Positions 18,796 through 27,925 of a stretch of DNA of 53,013 nt are shown piece by piece (position 1 is the stretch's first letter; the number at the start of each line of letters is the position of its first letter). Where the stretch lies: IMG/VR virus record IMGVR_UViG_3300030380_002303, positions 1 to 53,013 of that record, one strand, 5' to 3'. The DNA comes from a virus (taxonomy: Duplodnaviria; Caudoviricetes). The notes below the pieces were generated by a model. That model was not told the origin of the DNA. It ran no database searches and worked only from the letters and a program-made list of their open reading frames with translations. The position numbers were made by a program, and so were the translations under genes.

Positions 18796-19386
18796 TCACA
18801 TGCCTTGATTTGTATTTAATAATTTTTCTAATGCTTGTTCATTTGAATTTACATCAGAATGATTATCTACATATTTATTTAATAATCCCACTACATGTTG
18901 ATATTTATCTAAATCTTCATATGAAAACACTATTGATTTTGTATATTTATCTTGTTCAACAACTAAATCATTAAATTGCAAATCATCATTTTCTGTATCA
19001 AAATCTAATAAATTTTCTAATTCTGTTTTCTCAAAACCTGTTAATTGTAAATCAAATTTAAGATTTAATAATTCTTTCAATTCATCACCTAATAAAAAAT
19101 AATCCCATTCTGAATCTTCATTTAATCTATTATCAGCTATTCTTAAGGCTTTTGTTTGTTCATCAGTTAATTTTTGTTTTAAAACTGGAACTTTTTTTAA
19201 TCCTAATTCTTTTGATGCCATTAATCTTGTATGACCAATTATTACAACATCATCTTCATCAACAACTATTGGTTGTGTAAAACCATATTCTTTTATTGAT
19301 TGAGCAATTTTACCTACTTTTTGGTTTTTTCTTGGGTTTTTTTCAAATGGTATTAAATCATTTATTGGTCGCATTTCTACTTGCAT
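18796..19386 (-). CDS. ParB/Srx-like N-terminal domain protein
   Basis: NPRKN, SIKEYGFTQPIVVD, IIGHTRL, RIADNRL; no methylase domain attached. Confidence 0.9.
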   Translation of the reverse strand: MQVEMRPINDLIPFEKNPRKNQKVGKIAQSIKEYGFTQPIVVDEDDVVIIGHTRLMASKELGLKKVPVLKQKLTDEQTKALRIADNRLNEDSEWDYFLLGDELKELLNLKFDLQLTGFEKTELENLLDFDTENDDLQFNDLVVEQDKYTKSIVFSYEDLDKYQHVVGLLNKYVDNHSDVNSNEQALEKLLNTNQGM

Positions 19387-19394
19387 TATTCCTC

Positions 19395-19694
19395 CTAAAA
19401 TAAATTTATCTGATTATCTTCATCTACTATAACACCTTTTTCCTCTATCTGTTTGTTTTTCATAAATTTTTCATATGTTATAGTTTCTGATTGCATTTTG
19501 TCATATAATTTTTTATCTACAGATTTAACCCAATCCATTAATTCTTCAAATGCCTTATCTACTTGTTCTTGCTGTTTTTTTGTAAGACCATTATCAAATA
19601 TATCGTGCATTGTTTTACTCATATTTTGATAACCTTTTACAATTACATTTTGATTTGAAACCATATCCCCAAAATGGAAACCAAATGTATTCAT
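19395..19694 (-). CDS. Hypothetical protein
   Basis: ORF in operon orientation; start uncertain; ends QINLF. Confidence 0.6.
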   Translation of the reverse strand: MNTFGFHFGDMVSNQNVIVKGYQNMSKTMHDIFDNGLTKKQQEQVDKAFEELMDWVKSVDKKLYDKMQSETITYEKFMKNKQIEEKGVIVDEDNQINLF

Positions 19695-19759
19695 TACAAT
19701 TATAACATTGTAGTGATGTATTATATGGTGGTTTAATTTTAACAGTATATTTTATTGTT

Positions 19760-21487
19760 TTATTCATAACATCTTGTTCTATAATTAAAATTAAATTCTC
19801 TTTGACCTATTTCTCCATAAATACCTTGTTCTCTAATTTTTCTTGTAATAATTTTGGTTATATTTTCTTCAAAATCTCTATGAATAACTAATCCTACATC
19901 ACACATATTAGCCCAATGTGCAGAGCCACTTACTTGATACAAATCTGGTGGTGGTAAAACTCCTGCATCATTTCTTTGTAATTTATGTGGGTGAGCAACC
20001 ATCCAAACTACAACTTGATGATTTCTAGCAAATCGCTGACATTTTGCAATTATGTCCCTAATGTGTTCATCTTCTCTTTTATTATTTTCTCTATCTGCAC
20101 TAATTTGATTAAAAGGGTCAATGACAAGACCTTTGATACCATATCTTTGTTTTGCTGATTTTGCCTTTTGCAAAATATAATCTATTGTTGGTATTACATC
20201 AGATGTTTCTAAAAATTTGAAATGATTATTTAGAAAATCCATACCATCAATTAATTCTTTCTGTGAAATTCTATCATAGGGTCCAATATCAAATGGTTTT
20301 CTACATCTTTTTTCTAACAATCTTCTAATGTGATTTGGTGTTGAATGTTCTGGTGAAAACACAAATAATTTCCAATTTTGTTGTTCTGCTAAATTCATTA
20401 GTATTTGGTCAAGAAAATTAGATTTACCATGATTTGGTATACCTGTTATAAGATTAAATGTAGATGGCATAATTTTGTATATTTCATCTAATTTATCAAA
20501 ACCTGTTGATATGGCTTTCTGTACATTGCCATCATACATATTTTGAATTGTATCTTTATATTCAAATGCAGTATGTAAATCTTCAATTGGAAATTCTTTT
20601 GCATTATAAATACATTCTTTTAATTTATCTTTACCAAATCTTACAAGGCACTCATTTGCATCTTTAACTTGTTTCTCATCTTCTAATGCACTATCTTTGT
20701 ACAGAGGAAAATGGACAACTTTACATATATCCCTGCCAAATCTATGCAACAATTCAAGTTTAAGGGAATTTCCTGCTTCATCATTATCTGTAGCAATGAT
20801 TACTTCTTCAGCATCAAATATCCATTCGCTCTGTTCAAAAGCAGAAAACCTTTTATCTTGCATATCAAATTTTGGTTCTTTCGGTGCACCATCTGGTAAA
20901 CTTACTGTATTTGTAAATCCTGCTTCAATCATTGACAAAACATCAATTTCACCTTCTACAAATATAATTTGTTTCTTTATTGGTGTATCTTCATTTTTAA
21001 GCCAATGTTCATACAAACCATCAATGTTATATAATGTTTTTAATGCATCTTTAGATTGATGAAATCTTTTATCTTTTGTTCTAAATTTTATATTTATAAT
21101 TTCTTTGTTGTAAAAATATGGAAAACATAATTTGTCATTTTGTGTATATAATCCCATAAAATGAGTGGTTGAATGTGTTATTCCTCTTTTTTCTAACCAA
21201 TTTTGTGCTTCATCAGATAATTTTTTATTTTCTGGAACAAATGGAATTACATTCTTTTTTGTTTCATGTGAAACATTTTTTTTCTTAAAATTAGGTGAAT
21301 CATATACAGAACCTTTCCAATCGCAATGATGACAATGCCATATTGCAATATCATGTTCTACATTTATTGATAAACATGCATCATATTTATTTTTTCTAGT
21401 ATGTGAACATTTAGGACAAATTGTTTTTTGTTGTCCATAACTTTGTATCTTAATATTTTCTTGTAATAATTTTTCGTGAATATTCAT
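19760..21487 (-). CDS. Primase-helicase (T7 gp4/Twinkle-like)
   Basis: CPKC..CHHC zinc domain, VEGEIDVLS and ATDNDEAG TOPRIM motifs, GIPNHGKS Walker A, VIDPFN, VAHP. Confidence 0.93.
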   Translation of the reverse strand: MNIHEKLLQENIKIQSYGQQKTICPKCSHTRKNKYDACLSINVEHDIAIWHCHHCDWKGSVYDSPNFKKKNVSHETKKNVIPFVPENKKLSDEAQNWLEKRGITHSTTHFMGLYTQNDKLCFPYFYNKEIINIKFRTKDKRFHQSKDALKTLYNIDGLYEHWLKNEDTPIKKQIIFVEGEIDVLSMIEAGFTNTVSLPDGAPKEPKFDMQDKRFSAFEQSEWIFDAEEVIIATDNDEAGNSLKLELLHRFGRDICKVVHFPLYKDSALEDEKQVKDANECLVRFGKDKLKECIYNAKEFPIEDLHTAFEYKDTIQNMYDGNVQKAISTGFDKLDEIYKIMPSTFNLITGIPNHGKSNFLDQILMNLAEQQNWKLFVFSPEHSTPNHIRRLLEKRCRKPFDIGPYDRISQKELIDGMDFLNNHFKFLETSDVIPTIDYILQKAKSAKQRYGIKGLVIDPFNQISADRENNKREDEHIRDIIAKCQRFARNHQVVVWMVAHPHKLQRNDAGVLPPPDLYQVSGSAHWANMCDVGLVIHRDFEENITKIITRKIREQGIYGEIGQREFNFNYRTRCYE

Positions 21488-21499
21488 TGTTTTCTCCCA

Positions 21500-22159
21500 T
21501 TAACCTACTAATTTATTTAAATTCATTTTTGTTTTTTCGTCAACTGTTTCCCATCTTCTTTGATTTAACCATGTTGTAGCATGAGGTATAAATTTATGGT
21601 CTTTGTCTTTTACACTCTGTTTATATTTAACAGTAAAACTATACAATTCATCAAAATTTAAAATTTTGTCAGTTATCTTTTCAAATAAATCAAATGCCTT
21701 TTTCTTTGAACCATCTTTTCTTGGATAAAGATTCCACCATTCATTAAAATCATCTGTATATACAATATGTTTATTATTAATGGTTACATGGCGTTTCGGT
21801 GTGATACTCACGTGAGTGTCATTCTGATACTGATGAGTGTCAATCTGACACCCTACCTGTAAATAATACATATTTGATGTTTGTCTTTGAGAATCATTTA
21901 AATAATTTTCATATCTTTCTTTTACATTTATAAAATTGTTTTCTTTCAATGATTTAATGCATCTTATAATTGTTGAACGACTTAATTCTGTTATCTGCAT
22001 TAGTGTTTTAAAACTTGGGAAACATTTATTTTCATCATCACAAAAATTAGCTAATGTTAGTAATACTAATTTATTATTACCAGAACCTGTTTTTTGTTTA
22101 GATGCCCAATCTAATGCAGACCAACTCATAAAATCTCCGTGATGATAATTGGTGGACAA
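21500..22159 (-). CDS. Replication initiator (HTH_36/lambda O-like); probable start 22129
   Basis: MSWSALDWA..KLVLLTLANF..CFPS..LSRSTIIRCIKSL; C-terminal FNEWWNLYPRK..ATTWLNQRRWE; internal iterons. Confidence 0.85.
   Translation of the reverse strand: MSTNYHHGDFMSWSALDWASKQKTGSGNNKLVLLTLANFCDDENKCFPSFKTLMQITELSRSTIIRCIKSLKENNFINVKERYENYLNDSQRQTSNMYYLQVGCQIDTHQYQNDTHVSITPKRHVTINNKHIVYTDDFNEWWNLYPRKDGSKKKAFDLFEKITDKILNFDELYSFTVKYKQSVKDKDHKFIPHATTWLNQRRWETVDEKTKMNLNKLVG
21801..21852. repeat. Iteron-like repeats, putative replication origin
   Basis: TGAGTGTCAnTCTGAyAC twice plus additional TGATAC/CTCACGTGAG half-sites inside the initiator gene, next to an AT-rich tract. Confidence 0.75.
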
Positions 22160-22449
22160 TATGTTGCTAATATTTTTTTTCTTAAAATATAATCTCTAGT
22201 TTTAGTTATTTTTGATTTAACATCTTCAACAACAACATCACCTTTCCTTGTTTTGTATCTAAAATCGGCAGTATATCTACCTATCTTTTTCCCATTTACC
22301 ATTAAAGGAAATTGTGGTTGTAATTCTAAATTAAAAATCATCCTCTGCATCTCCATTTTTTCAAGAATTAAATATCTTTGTAATTCTTTTTTGCTATCAA
22401 ATTTTTTCCCTTTGTAAATTTGTTTCTTTGCGTTGTATTTGTTCTTCAT
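22126..22449 (-). CDS. DUF1064-like PD-(D/E)xK nuclease
   Basis: NKYNAKK..FDSKKE..LELQPQF..YTADFRY..VVEDVKS. Confidence 0.85.
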   Translation of the reverse strand: MKNKYNAKKQIYKGKKFDSKKELQRYLILEKMEMQRMIFNLELQPQFPLMVNGKKIGRYTADFRYKTRKGDVVVEDVKSKITKTRDYILRKKILATYCPPIIITEIL

Positions 22450-22627
22450 ACAAATCCTGTCCTGTTACTTGTCCATTTGTAAAATCAAATATTTTTTTTG
22501 CATCATCACTTCTTGGCAATCTATCGCCTTTAGCCCATGCTTCTACACTTCTTGGTTTAGTTCCTAATGCCTCTGCAAAGGTTTTATAATTATAATTATT
22601 TGTTTTAATATATTGTTTTAATCTCAT
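22397..22627 (-). CDS. Cro/XRE-like HTH regulator
   Basis: MRLKQYI..FAEALG..SVEAWAKGDRLP..TNGQVTGQDL; divergent from the early operon. Confidence 0.85.
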   Translation of the reverse strand: MRLKQYIKTNNYNYKTFAEALGTKPRSVEAWAKGDRLPRSDDAKKIFDFTNGQVTGQDLYEEQIQRKETNLQREKI

Positions 22628-22635
22628 TCTTTATT

Positions 22636-22700
22636 ATTATACCATTTTTTTTTATTTGTAAACACATTTTGTGTTGACATATTGGTTTAAATGTATAAAA
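22636..22700. promoter_or_regulatory. Back-to-back promoters sharing one operator
   Basis: AACACATTTTGTGTT at 22661-22675; rightward TTGACA at 22674-22679; leftward TTTACA at 22662-22657 and TGGTATAAT at 22644-22636. Confidence 0.8.
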
Positions 22701-22719
22701 ATAAATTAACATAAAGTCC

Positions 22720-22768
22720 GTGGCAACTTAAAGAATTTCGCCTTAACAATTGTTCCTTAGGTTGCCAC
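22720..22768 (+). promoter_or_regulatory. Long stem-loop in the 5' UTR of the recombination operon
   Basis: GTGGCAACTTAAAGAA pairs with TTCCTTAGGTTGCCAC (16 positions, one G-U, one mismatch). Confidence 0.6.
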
Positions 22769-22786
22769 ATTAACAAAGAAAGAAGA

Positions 22787-23551
22787 ATGAAGATGAAAAG
22801 CAACAATCCATTTTTTAATCACGATATTTTTTGGTTATCTCATAGTTCTATATCTACATGGATTAGTTCACCATCAAAATTTATTGCTCAAAAATTGTTT
22901 AAAATAGATGATTATGGTTCTGCATCAATGCATAGAGGAACAGCATCTGAATATGCATTACATAAAAAATATGAAGAAGGCATATTTGATATACAACATG
23001 CAGAAAATAAATTTACTGAATTATGTAATTTTGGAGGTATAGATTGGGGAGATGCCACAAGATATAAAGAAAATATACAATTAAAAGAATATGGGAATAT
23101 TCTTAACAAAAACTTTAATTATAAAAATTTAGAAACATATCAAGAAAAAATTGAAATACAATTTGATGAATTACCAATACCAATTATTGGCTATATAGAT
23201 TTTGTATTTGATGATGTTGTTGTAGATTTAAAAACAACTGCAAGAATGCCATCAAAAGCAACCGAGTCCAATAAAAGACAAATGGCAATTTATAAAATGC
23301 ATTACAAAGATAAAAAATCAGAAGTGTTTTATGCAACACCAAAAGATTTTAAAGTTTTTAAATTGGATAATTTAGAGATTTACCAAGAACAAATAAAACA
23401 GATTGCTCTTGGCATAATGAAATTCTTATCTATCAGTGATGATAAAGAAGAATTAGCTTCCATGGTTTACCCAGATGTAGATGATTGGAGGTGGTCAGAA
23501 GAAATGATAAATGAAGTAAAACAAAAAGTTCAAGCATGGAGGAATATATGA
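22787..23551 (+). CDS. PD-(D/E)xK exonuclease (PDDEXK_1-like)
   Basis: LSHSSI, RGTASE, GYIDF..VVDLKT, RQMAIY. Confidence 0.88.
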   Translation: MKMKSNNPFFNHDIFWLSHSSISTWISSPSKFIAQKLFKIDDYGSASMHRGTASEYALHKKYEEGIFDIQHAENKFTELCNFGGIDWGDATRYKENIQLKEYGNILNKNFNYKNLETYQEKIEIQFDELPIPIIGYIDFVFDDVVVDLKTTARMPSKATESNKRQMAIYKMHYKDKKSEVFYATPKDFKVFKLDNLEIYQEQIKQIALGIMKFLSISDDKEELASMVYPDVDDWRWSEEMINEVKQKVQAWRNI

Positions 23552-24117
23552 AGAACGAAGAAAAATTAGCAAAAGACCAAACTATTATTGAAGAAGATGT
23601 AAAAGATGATGCAGATGTTATTGGTATGCCATCAACATTAAATTTATCTCAAGCAATGAATTTGTTTCAACAAAAAAATATTCAAGCAGTAAAAGATAAA
23701 AACAATCCGTTTTTTAAATCTACATATGCTGATTTAACATCTATTATAAATGCAGTAAATCAAGGTGCAGAATATGGATTAGCTTTTTCACAAAGTGTCC
23801 ATTATGAAAGAGTTATTTTAGATAGAAAAAGGGAAGATACACATAAAGATGGAACTGTATCTGTAACAACTGGTCAAGCAATTGAAAGAGATATATATGT
23901 TGAAACATTTGTTTGGCATAAAAGTGATGTTCACAAAGAAGATATACTTACTTGTAGAGTTCCTGTTCTTATAAAAGGTACAGACAAGGATGACCCACAA
24001 AAAATGGGTTCTGCCATCACATATGCAAAAAGATATGGTCTACAAGCATTATTTGGACTCGGTCAAGATGATGATGGAAATTTAGCAAGTGGAAAGGGCA
24101 AAAAAGATGAACAGTAA
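23548..24117 (+). CDS. erf: ERF-family single-strand annealing protein
   Basis: KNNPFFKSTYADL, QKMGSAITYAKRYGLQALFGL..DDDGN; GGAGG RBS favours the start at 23548. Confidence 0.9.
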   Translation: MKNEEKLAKDQTIIEEDVKDDADVIGMPSTLNLSQAMNLFQQKNIQAVKDKNNPFFKSTYADLTSIINAVNQGAEYGLAFSQSVHYERVILDRKREDTHKDGTVSVTTGQAIERDIYVETFVWHKSDVHKEDILTCRVPVLIKGTDKDDPQKMGSAITYAKRYGLQALFGLGQDDDGNLASGKGKKDEQ

Positions 24118-24544
24118 AACATATGATAATACCAATAGTGGTGTTTTATGGTCAATACCGAAAGATAATGAAAATAAACCAGAAATGTCATTGATACAAC
24201 AAGGTAAATTAAACATAAATGGTAATGAAATGAGAATTGTTGGCATAAAAAGATTAAATAAAGATGGTCAAGAAATGGTTGGATTATATCGTGAAATTGG
24301 CACAATAAAAGAAAATGCTAAAAAATTTTCAGACAAAGACCCAGATGCTAAAGGTGTTGTTAATAATATTGTTGATGATGGTGGATTTACTTGTTCTGCA
24401 TGGAAAAGTGTATCTGAAAAAAACAATCATTATGTAAGTCTTAAAATAAGAGCATTTGATGAAAGACCAGAACAACAAGAAACCACAGAATCAGAAGATA
24501 AAGAAATAGACACGTCTAATTTAGATGATGATATACCATTTTAA
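24107..24544 (+). CDS. Single-stranded DNA binding-like protein
   Basis: YDNTNSGVLW..SAW..YVSLKI with an acidic tail ending DDDIPF; follows exonuclease and erf. Confidence 0.75.
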   Translation: MNSKTYDNTNSGVLWSIPKDNENKPEMSLIQQGKLNINGNEMRIVGIKRLNKDGQEMVGLYREIGTIKENAKKFSDKDPDAKGVVNNIVDDGGFTCSAWKSVSEKNNHYVSLKIRAFDERPEQQETTESEDKEIDTSNLDDDIPF

Positions 24545-24555
24545 AGGAGGAAATT

Positions 24556-24867
24556 ATGCAGATAAAAGACTTAATTTTAAGTGAAGTGCAATCACACCCA
24601 CGAAGTACAAGGTCTGATGCACCAATAGGTTCTGAAAATCTTTCACAAGAAGAAAATGTAAAAAGATATTTAGAACAAATGAACATGATAACACCTTATT
24701 ATGCCTTAAATGTCTATGGTGCATTTAGATTAAGTGCCATTATTTTTAATTTAAGAAAAGAAGGTTTAGATATAATTACTGAATTAGTTACATCAAAAGG
24801 TAAAACATTTGCCTGTTACATGTTAAAGGCAAGATATGAAGAATTACAAACACAAGCCAATTCGTAA
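24556..24867 (+). CDS. Winged-helix protein (HTH_39-like)
   Basis: ITPYYALNVYGAFRLSAIIFNLRKEGLDIIT..FACY. Confidence 0.7.
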   Translation: MQIKDLILSEVQSHPRSTRSDAPIGSENLSQEENVKRYLEQMNMITPYYALNVYGAFRLSAIIFNLRKEGLDIITELVTSKGKTFACYMLKARYEELQTQANS

Positions 24868-25285
24868 TAAAAATTTTATGATATTTGTAGCGAATAAACC
24901 ATGTTCGTTACAAAATCATTCTTCTTATAGATGTAGTGGTGGTGTACAAGCACATCATCTTTTAAAACCATGGGACGGATATCGTGGTATGGGATTAAAA
25001 GCAGGTGATAATAATTGTATGCCACTATGTCAAAGGCATCATGCTCATTTACATGACAAACATGGCAATGAGGACACATTTTGGAGAATATTTAAATTAC
25101 CAGAAGATTATGGTCGTATTGTATCTAAATCTTTATGGCAATCTTTTAATATAGGAGTATCTATGCAAGAAAAATTAGAAAAATTTAGAGAATTAATAAC
25201 TGAAATTGACATATCACAATATAAACAAAGAGAATATGTAATCATTGTAAATTCTATTTATAAAAGTATTTTTGAGGATAAATAA
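24836..25285 (+). CDS. DUF968-like Cys/His (HNH-type) protein
   Basis: PC..C..AHHL..GMGLKAGD..PLCQRHHAHLH. Confidence 0.75.
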   Translation: MKNYKHKPIRNKNFMIFVANKPCSLQNHSSYRCSGGVQAHHLLKPWDGYRGMGLKAGDNNCMPLCQRHHAHLHDKHGNEDTFWRIFKLPEDYGRIVSKSLWQSFNIGVSMQEKLEKFRELITEIDISQYKQREYVIIVNSIYKSIFEDK

Positions 25286-25617
25286 TGCAAGAAATTATTT
25301 CAGAAGAAGATATCCATAAAGCTATGGATTGGTTACAAAAGAGTGCTAATGAATGTGCAAAGGATAAAGCCACATTAGATTATTTAAATGCCTATACAAA
25401 ACCATGTAAGGCTTTATTGATGAAAAAATTTAGTCATTTACCAATTTCAGCACAAACTAGAGAAGCAGAAGCACATGAAGATTATATTAAACATATTGAA
25501 TCAGTAAAAATTGCATCTGAAAAACATTATAAAAATCAATACTTTAGAGAAACTGCACTTGCAAAAATTGAGATATGGAGGACTCAAAATGCAAATTTTC
25601 GTGCAATGAAAATATAA
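25285..25617 (+). CDS. Hypothetical helical protein
   Basis: 110 aa, REAEA..IEIWRT pattern; TAATG-coupled. Confidence 0.7.
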   Translation: MQEIISEEDIHKAMDWLQKSANECAKDKATLDYLNAYTKPCKALLMKKFSHLPISAQTREAEAHEDYIKHIESVKIASEKHYKNQYFRETALAKIEIWRTQNANFRAMKI

Positions 25618-25650
25618 TAAAAAAAACTTTTATAAATATAAAAAAAAGAG

Positions 25651-25715
25651 TTGACCTATCTCCTACCTATGTAATTATATAATTATCATTAATTCAAATT
25701 GGGAGAAAACAAATG
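25651..25715 (+). promoter_or_regulatory. Early-type promoter lacking the operator, with the shared leader
   Basis: A-tract, TTGACC at 25651, AT-rich -10 region, TTGGGAGAAAACAAATG at 25699-25715. Confidence 0.6.
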
Positions 25716-25934
25716 ATAATAGAACTTTACGAAGACGTTAAACAATTAGATAAAGCTAAACATAATTTAATTTTAGCTCTAAATAATCATAATTCAAATA
25801 CAACTAAAGAAGATATCAAAAATGCTTTTGATATTATTGCTTATATGATTTCTACAAAAGAATCAGAAATTACAAAGATACAAGATGAACATAATAGACG
25901 TTCATTAGAAGATTTATTAGGGAGGAAAATCTAA
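25713..25934 (+). CDS. Hypothetical early protein
   Basis: 73 aa with the shared leader. Confidence 0.75.
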   Translation: MIIELYEDVKQLDKAKHNLILALNNHNSNTTKEDIKNAFDIIAYMISTKESEITKIQDEHNRRSLEDLLGRKI

Positions 25935-26152
25935 TGAGTATGTTTAATTATTTAGAAGAACAAGGCAATAAATTTCTTAACAAAAAAGTTCCTAATATAG
26001 TTGCTAATTCTGATTGTATTGAGGAAGCAATTGATAAATCATATAAATTATATCAATCACAATATAGTGGTTGTCCTAATTTAAGTCATTGTGGCTTTGA
26101 TGAAAAAATTACAGAAATATGGAATGAATATTGGGAGAATTACAATGAATAA
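25934..26152 (+). CDS. Hypothetical early protein
   Basis: 72 aa, GGGAGG RBS, coupled. Confidence 0.7.
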   Translation: MSMFNYLEEQGNKFLNKKVPNIVANSDCIEEAIDKSYKLYQSQYSGCPNLSHCGFDEKITEIWNEYWENYNE

Positions 26153-27404
26153 GCCAATTTTATGTTCAGAAATATTATCTGCACTTACACAACCAAAAAG
26201 AGCAATAGCCCTCTATCAAGGAGGGCGAACTGCAGATACTATGATAAGACAAAAACAAACTGAATTTGTTAATGCCAAGAAATTTGTAATAGATGCAAAT
26301 ATGATAGAACATGCTTGGAATATGTCATTGTCAAAACCATCTGTTTTATTAGAAATCTTTGAAGATGCAAAAATACCATTTGATAATTTATGGATAGAAT
26401 GGAATGAGCATATAAGACAGGATATTATGAAGAATTATTTTGAAAAAAATAATATGAAATATAAAAATCACAATGAATATCCAGATAATGTCGGTTATCA
26501 TATTTATAAACATAAAAATAAATTAGATGAAGAATATTTTATTTATGAAAATTGGTGGTTTACAGGTGGTAAATTTAAACATTTATCTATGCAAGAAACT
26601 GGGTTGAAAGATAAATTCTTTACTCCAACTATGGCTTTTACAATTACTGATTTCATTACAAATTGGCAAGATGAGCTTGCCAGAATTGATATATTAGATG
26701 AATTGCCAAAAACAGGAAGATGTAAAGATGAAGATGAATTAAAAATACAAGCATTTTCAATAGGTACATCTTTGTTAGGTAGAAGTTATAGTTTTAAATA
26801 TATACCTAAAAAATTTATTTTGAAACTAGAAGAAAAACAAAGACTTGCTGATAATGATGAATATGTAAAATACATTAAGAAAATAATTAAATATGATAAT
26901 AATCACGAATTTAATTGTTTTAAAGAATTATGTTACACATTAGCTTTAGCACAAAGTGCATCAATGCATTGGTCAATACCAGAGTGGAAATTTAAAGAAG
27001 GTTATACTCCTGAAGAAATCGCTCAACATCAAGGACATGCCATGATTACTATGGAGGGCGATGCAAGATTTTTAATTTCATTATTTGCACTCATGAATCA
27101 AAATATCCATGATAAAACTTTAATTGAACCTAGTAATAAAATTATACATACAAAATTGGGTAAAAGAGTGCCTAGAAATGATTATTACGTTCTAAATGTA
27201 AATATATCAGATTACAAAGTAAGAAAGATTTATAAATCTAAATTTACAGGCAAAGGTAATCCTAAAAGAGAACATGACAGGAGAGGTCATTTCAGACATT
27301 TAACAGATAATCAAGGTAATCTGAAAAAGAAGATATGGATTAAACATCAAACTGTCGGCAATAAAGAATTAGGCAGAATAGATAAAGATTATAAATTAAC
27401 TTAA
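26145..27404 (+). CDS. Hypothetical protein with C-terminal HxRRGHxR motif
   Basis: REHDRRGHFR..KKIWIKHQTVG; start at 26145 after TGGGAGAATTACA. Confidence 0.75.
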   Translation: MNKPILCSEILSALTQPKRAIALYQGGRTADTMIRQKQTEFVNAKKFVIDANMIEHAWNMSLSKPSVLLEIFEDAKIPFDNLWIEWNEHIRQDIMKNYFEKNNMKYKNHNEYPDNVGYHIYKHKNKLDEEYFIYENWWFTGGKFKHLSMQETGLKDKFFTPTMAFTITDFITNWQDELARIDILDELPKTGRCKDEDELKIQAFSIGTSLLGRSYSFKYIPKKFILKLEEKQRLADNDEYVKYIKKIIKYDNNHEFNCFKELCYTLALAQSASMHWSIPEWKFKEGYTPEEIAQHQGHAMITMEGDARFLISLFALMNQNIHDKTLIEPSNKIIHTKLGKRVPRNDYYVLNVNISDYKVRKIYKSKFTGKGNPKREHDRRGHFRHLTDNQGNLKKKIWIKHQTVGNKELGRIDKDYKLT

Positions 27405-27419
27405 AATAGTTAAAAAAAC

Positions 27420-27462
27420 TACACATTATGTGTTGACATATATGTATTTATAATTATATAAT
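27420..27462 (+). promoter_or_regulatory. Early promoter with operator
   Basis: TACACATTATGTGTT; TTGACA at 27433; TATAAT at 27457. Confidence 0.85.
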
Positions 27463-27492
27463 ATATATATAATGTTTTTAGGGAGAAAACGA

Positions 27493-27849
27493 ATGTTAAA
27501 AATAACTTTAAAATATATAGAAGAAGATAAAGGATATCCTTTAACAGATTGGGAAAAGGAATATTGTTATCAAAATATAACTTCAATTATGCAATATCGA
27601 AAAGAGATGGTGTATCAATCTATATCAGATATTTCAAAAGAATTAACTGGTTGTAGACATAGACTTGATATTGATAAATATACTCTTGTAGAATTACAAT
27701 CTATTCTTGATGATTATATTCAACAGAATAAAAAAATAAATCAAAGAATTGCAGACAAACAAGCTGAAAATTTTGTTAAGAATAAATTATTAGCAAAAAG
27801 TATTGGTGTTTCAATTGAGGATTTAATCAAATGGGAAGTGGCTTATTAA
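27493..27849 (+). CDS. Hypothetical early protein
   Basis: Start follows GGGAGAAAACGA. Confidence 0.75.
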   Translation: MLKITLKYIEEDKGYPLTDWEKEYCYQNITSIMQYRKEMVYQSISDISKELTGCRHRLDIDKYTLVELQSILDDYIQQNKKINQRIADKQAENFVKNKLLAKSIGVSIEDLIKWEVAY

Positions 27850-27894
27850 CCACTTCCCCTATAACCAAACGGAGGAATGTAAGGTTATTCCTCT
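27833..27894 (+). promoter_or_regulatory. Two tandem hairpins (terminator or processing site)
   Basis: GGGAAGTGG-8nt-CCACTTCCC and GAGGAAT-8nt-ATTCCTC. Confidence 0.55.
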
Positions 27895-27925
27895 TAAGTA
27901 TCATAAAATAAAAAAGGAGACAATT

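Noticed and set aside
22397-22700. Classical temperate immunity region
   Set aside because: Only one short HTH gene is present; no CI-like repressor with a peptidase domain, integrase or ParA was found
22787-23551. Cas4 or CRISPR association
   Set aside because: Lacks the four-Cys Fe-S cluster motif; context is the standard exonuclease-ERF-SSB recombination module
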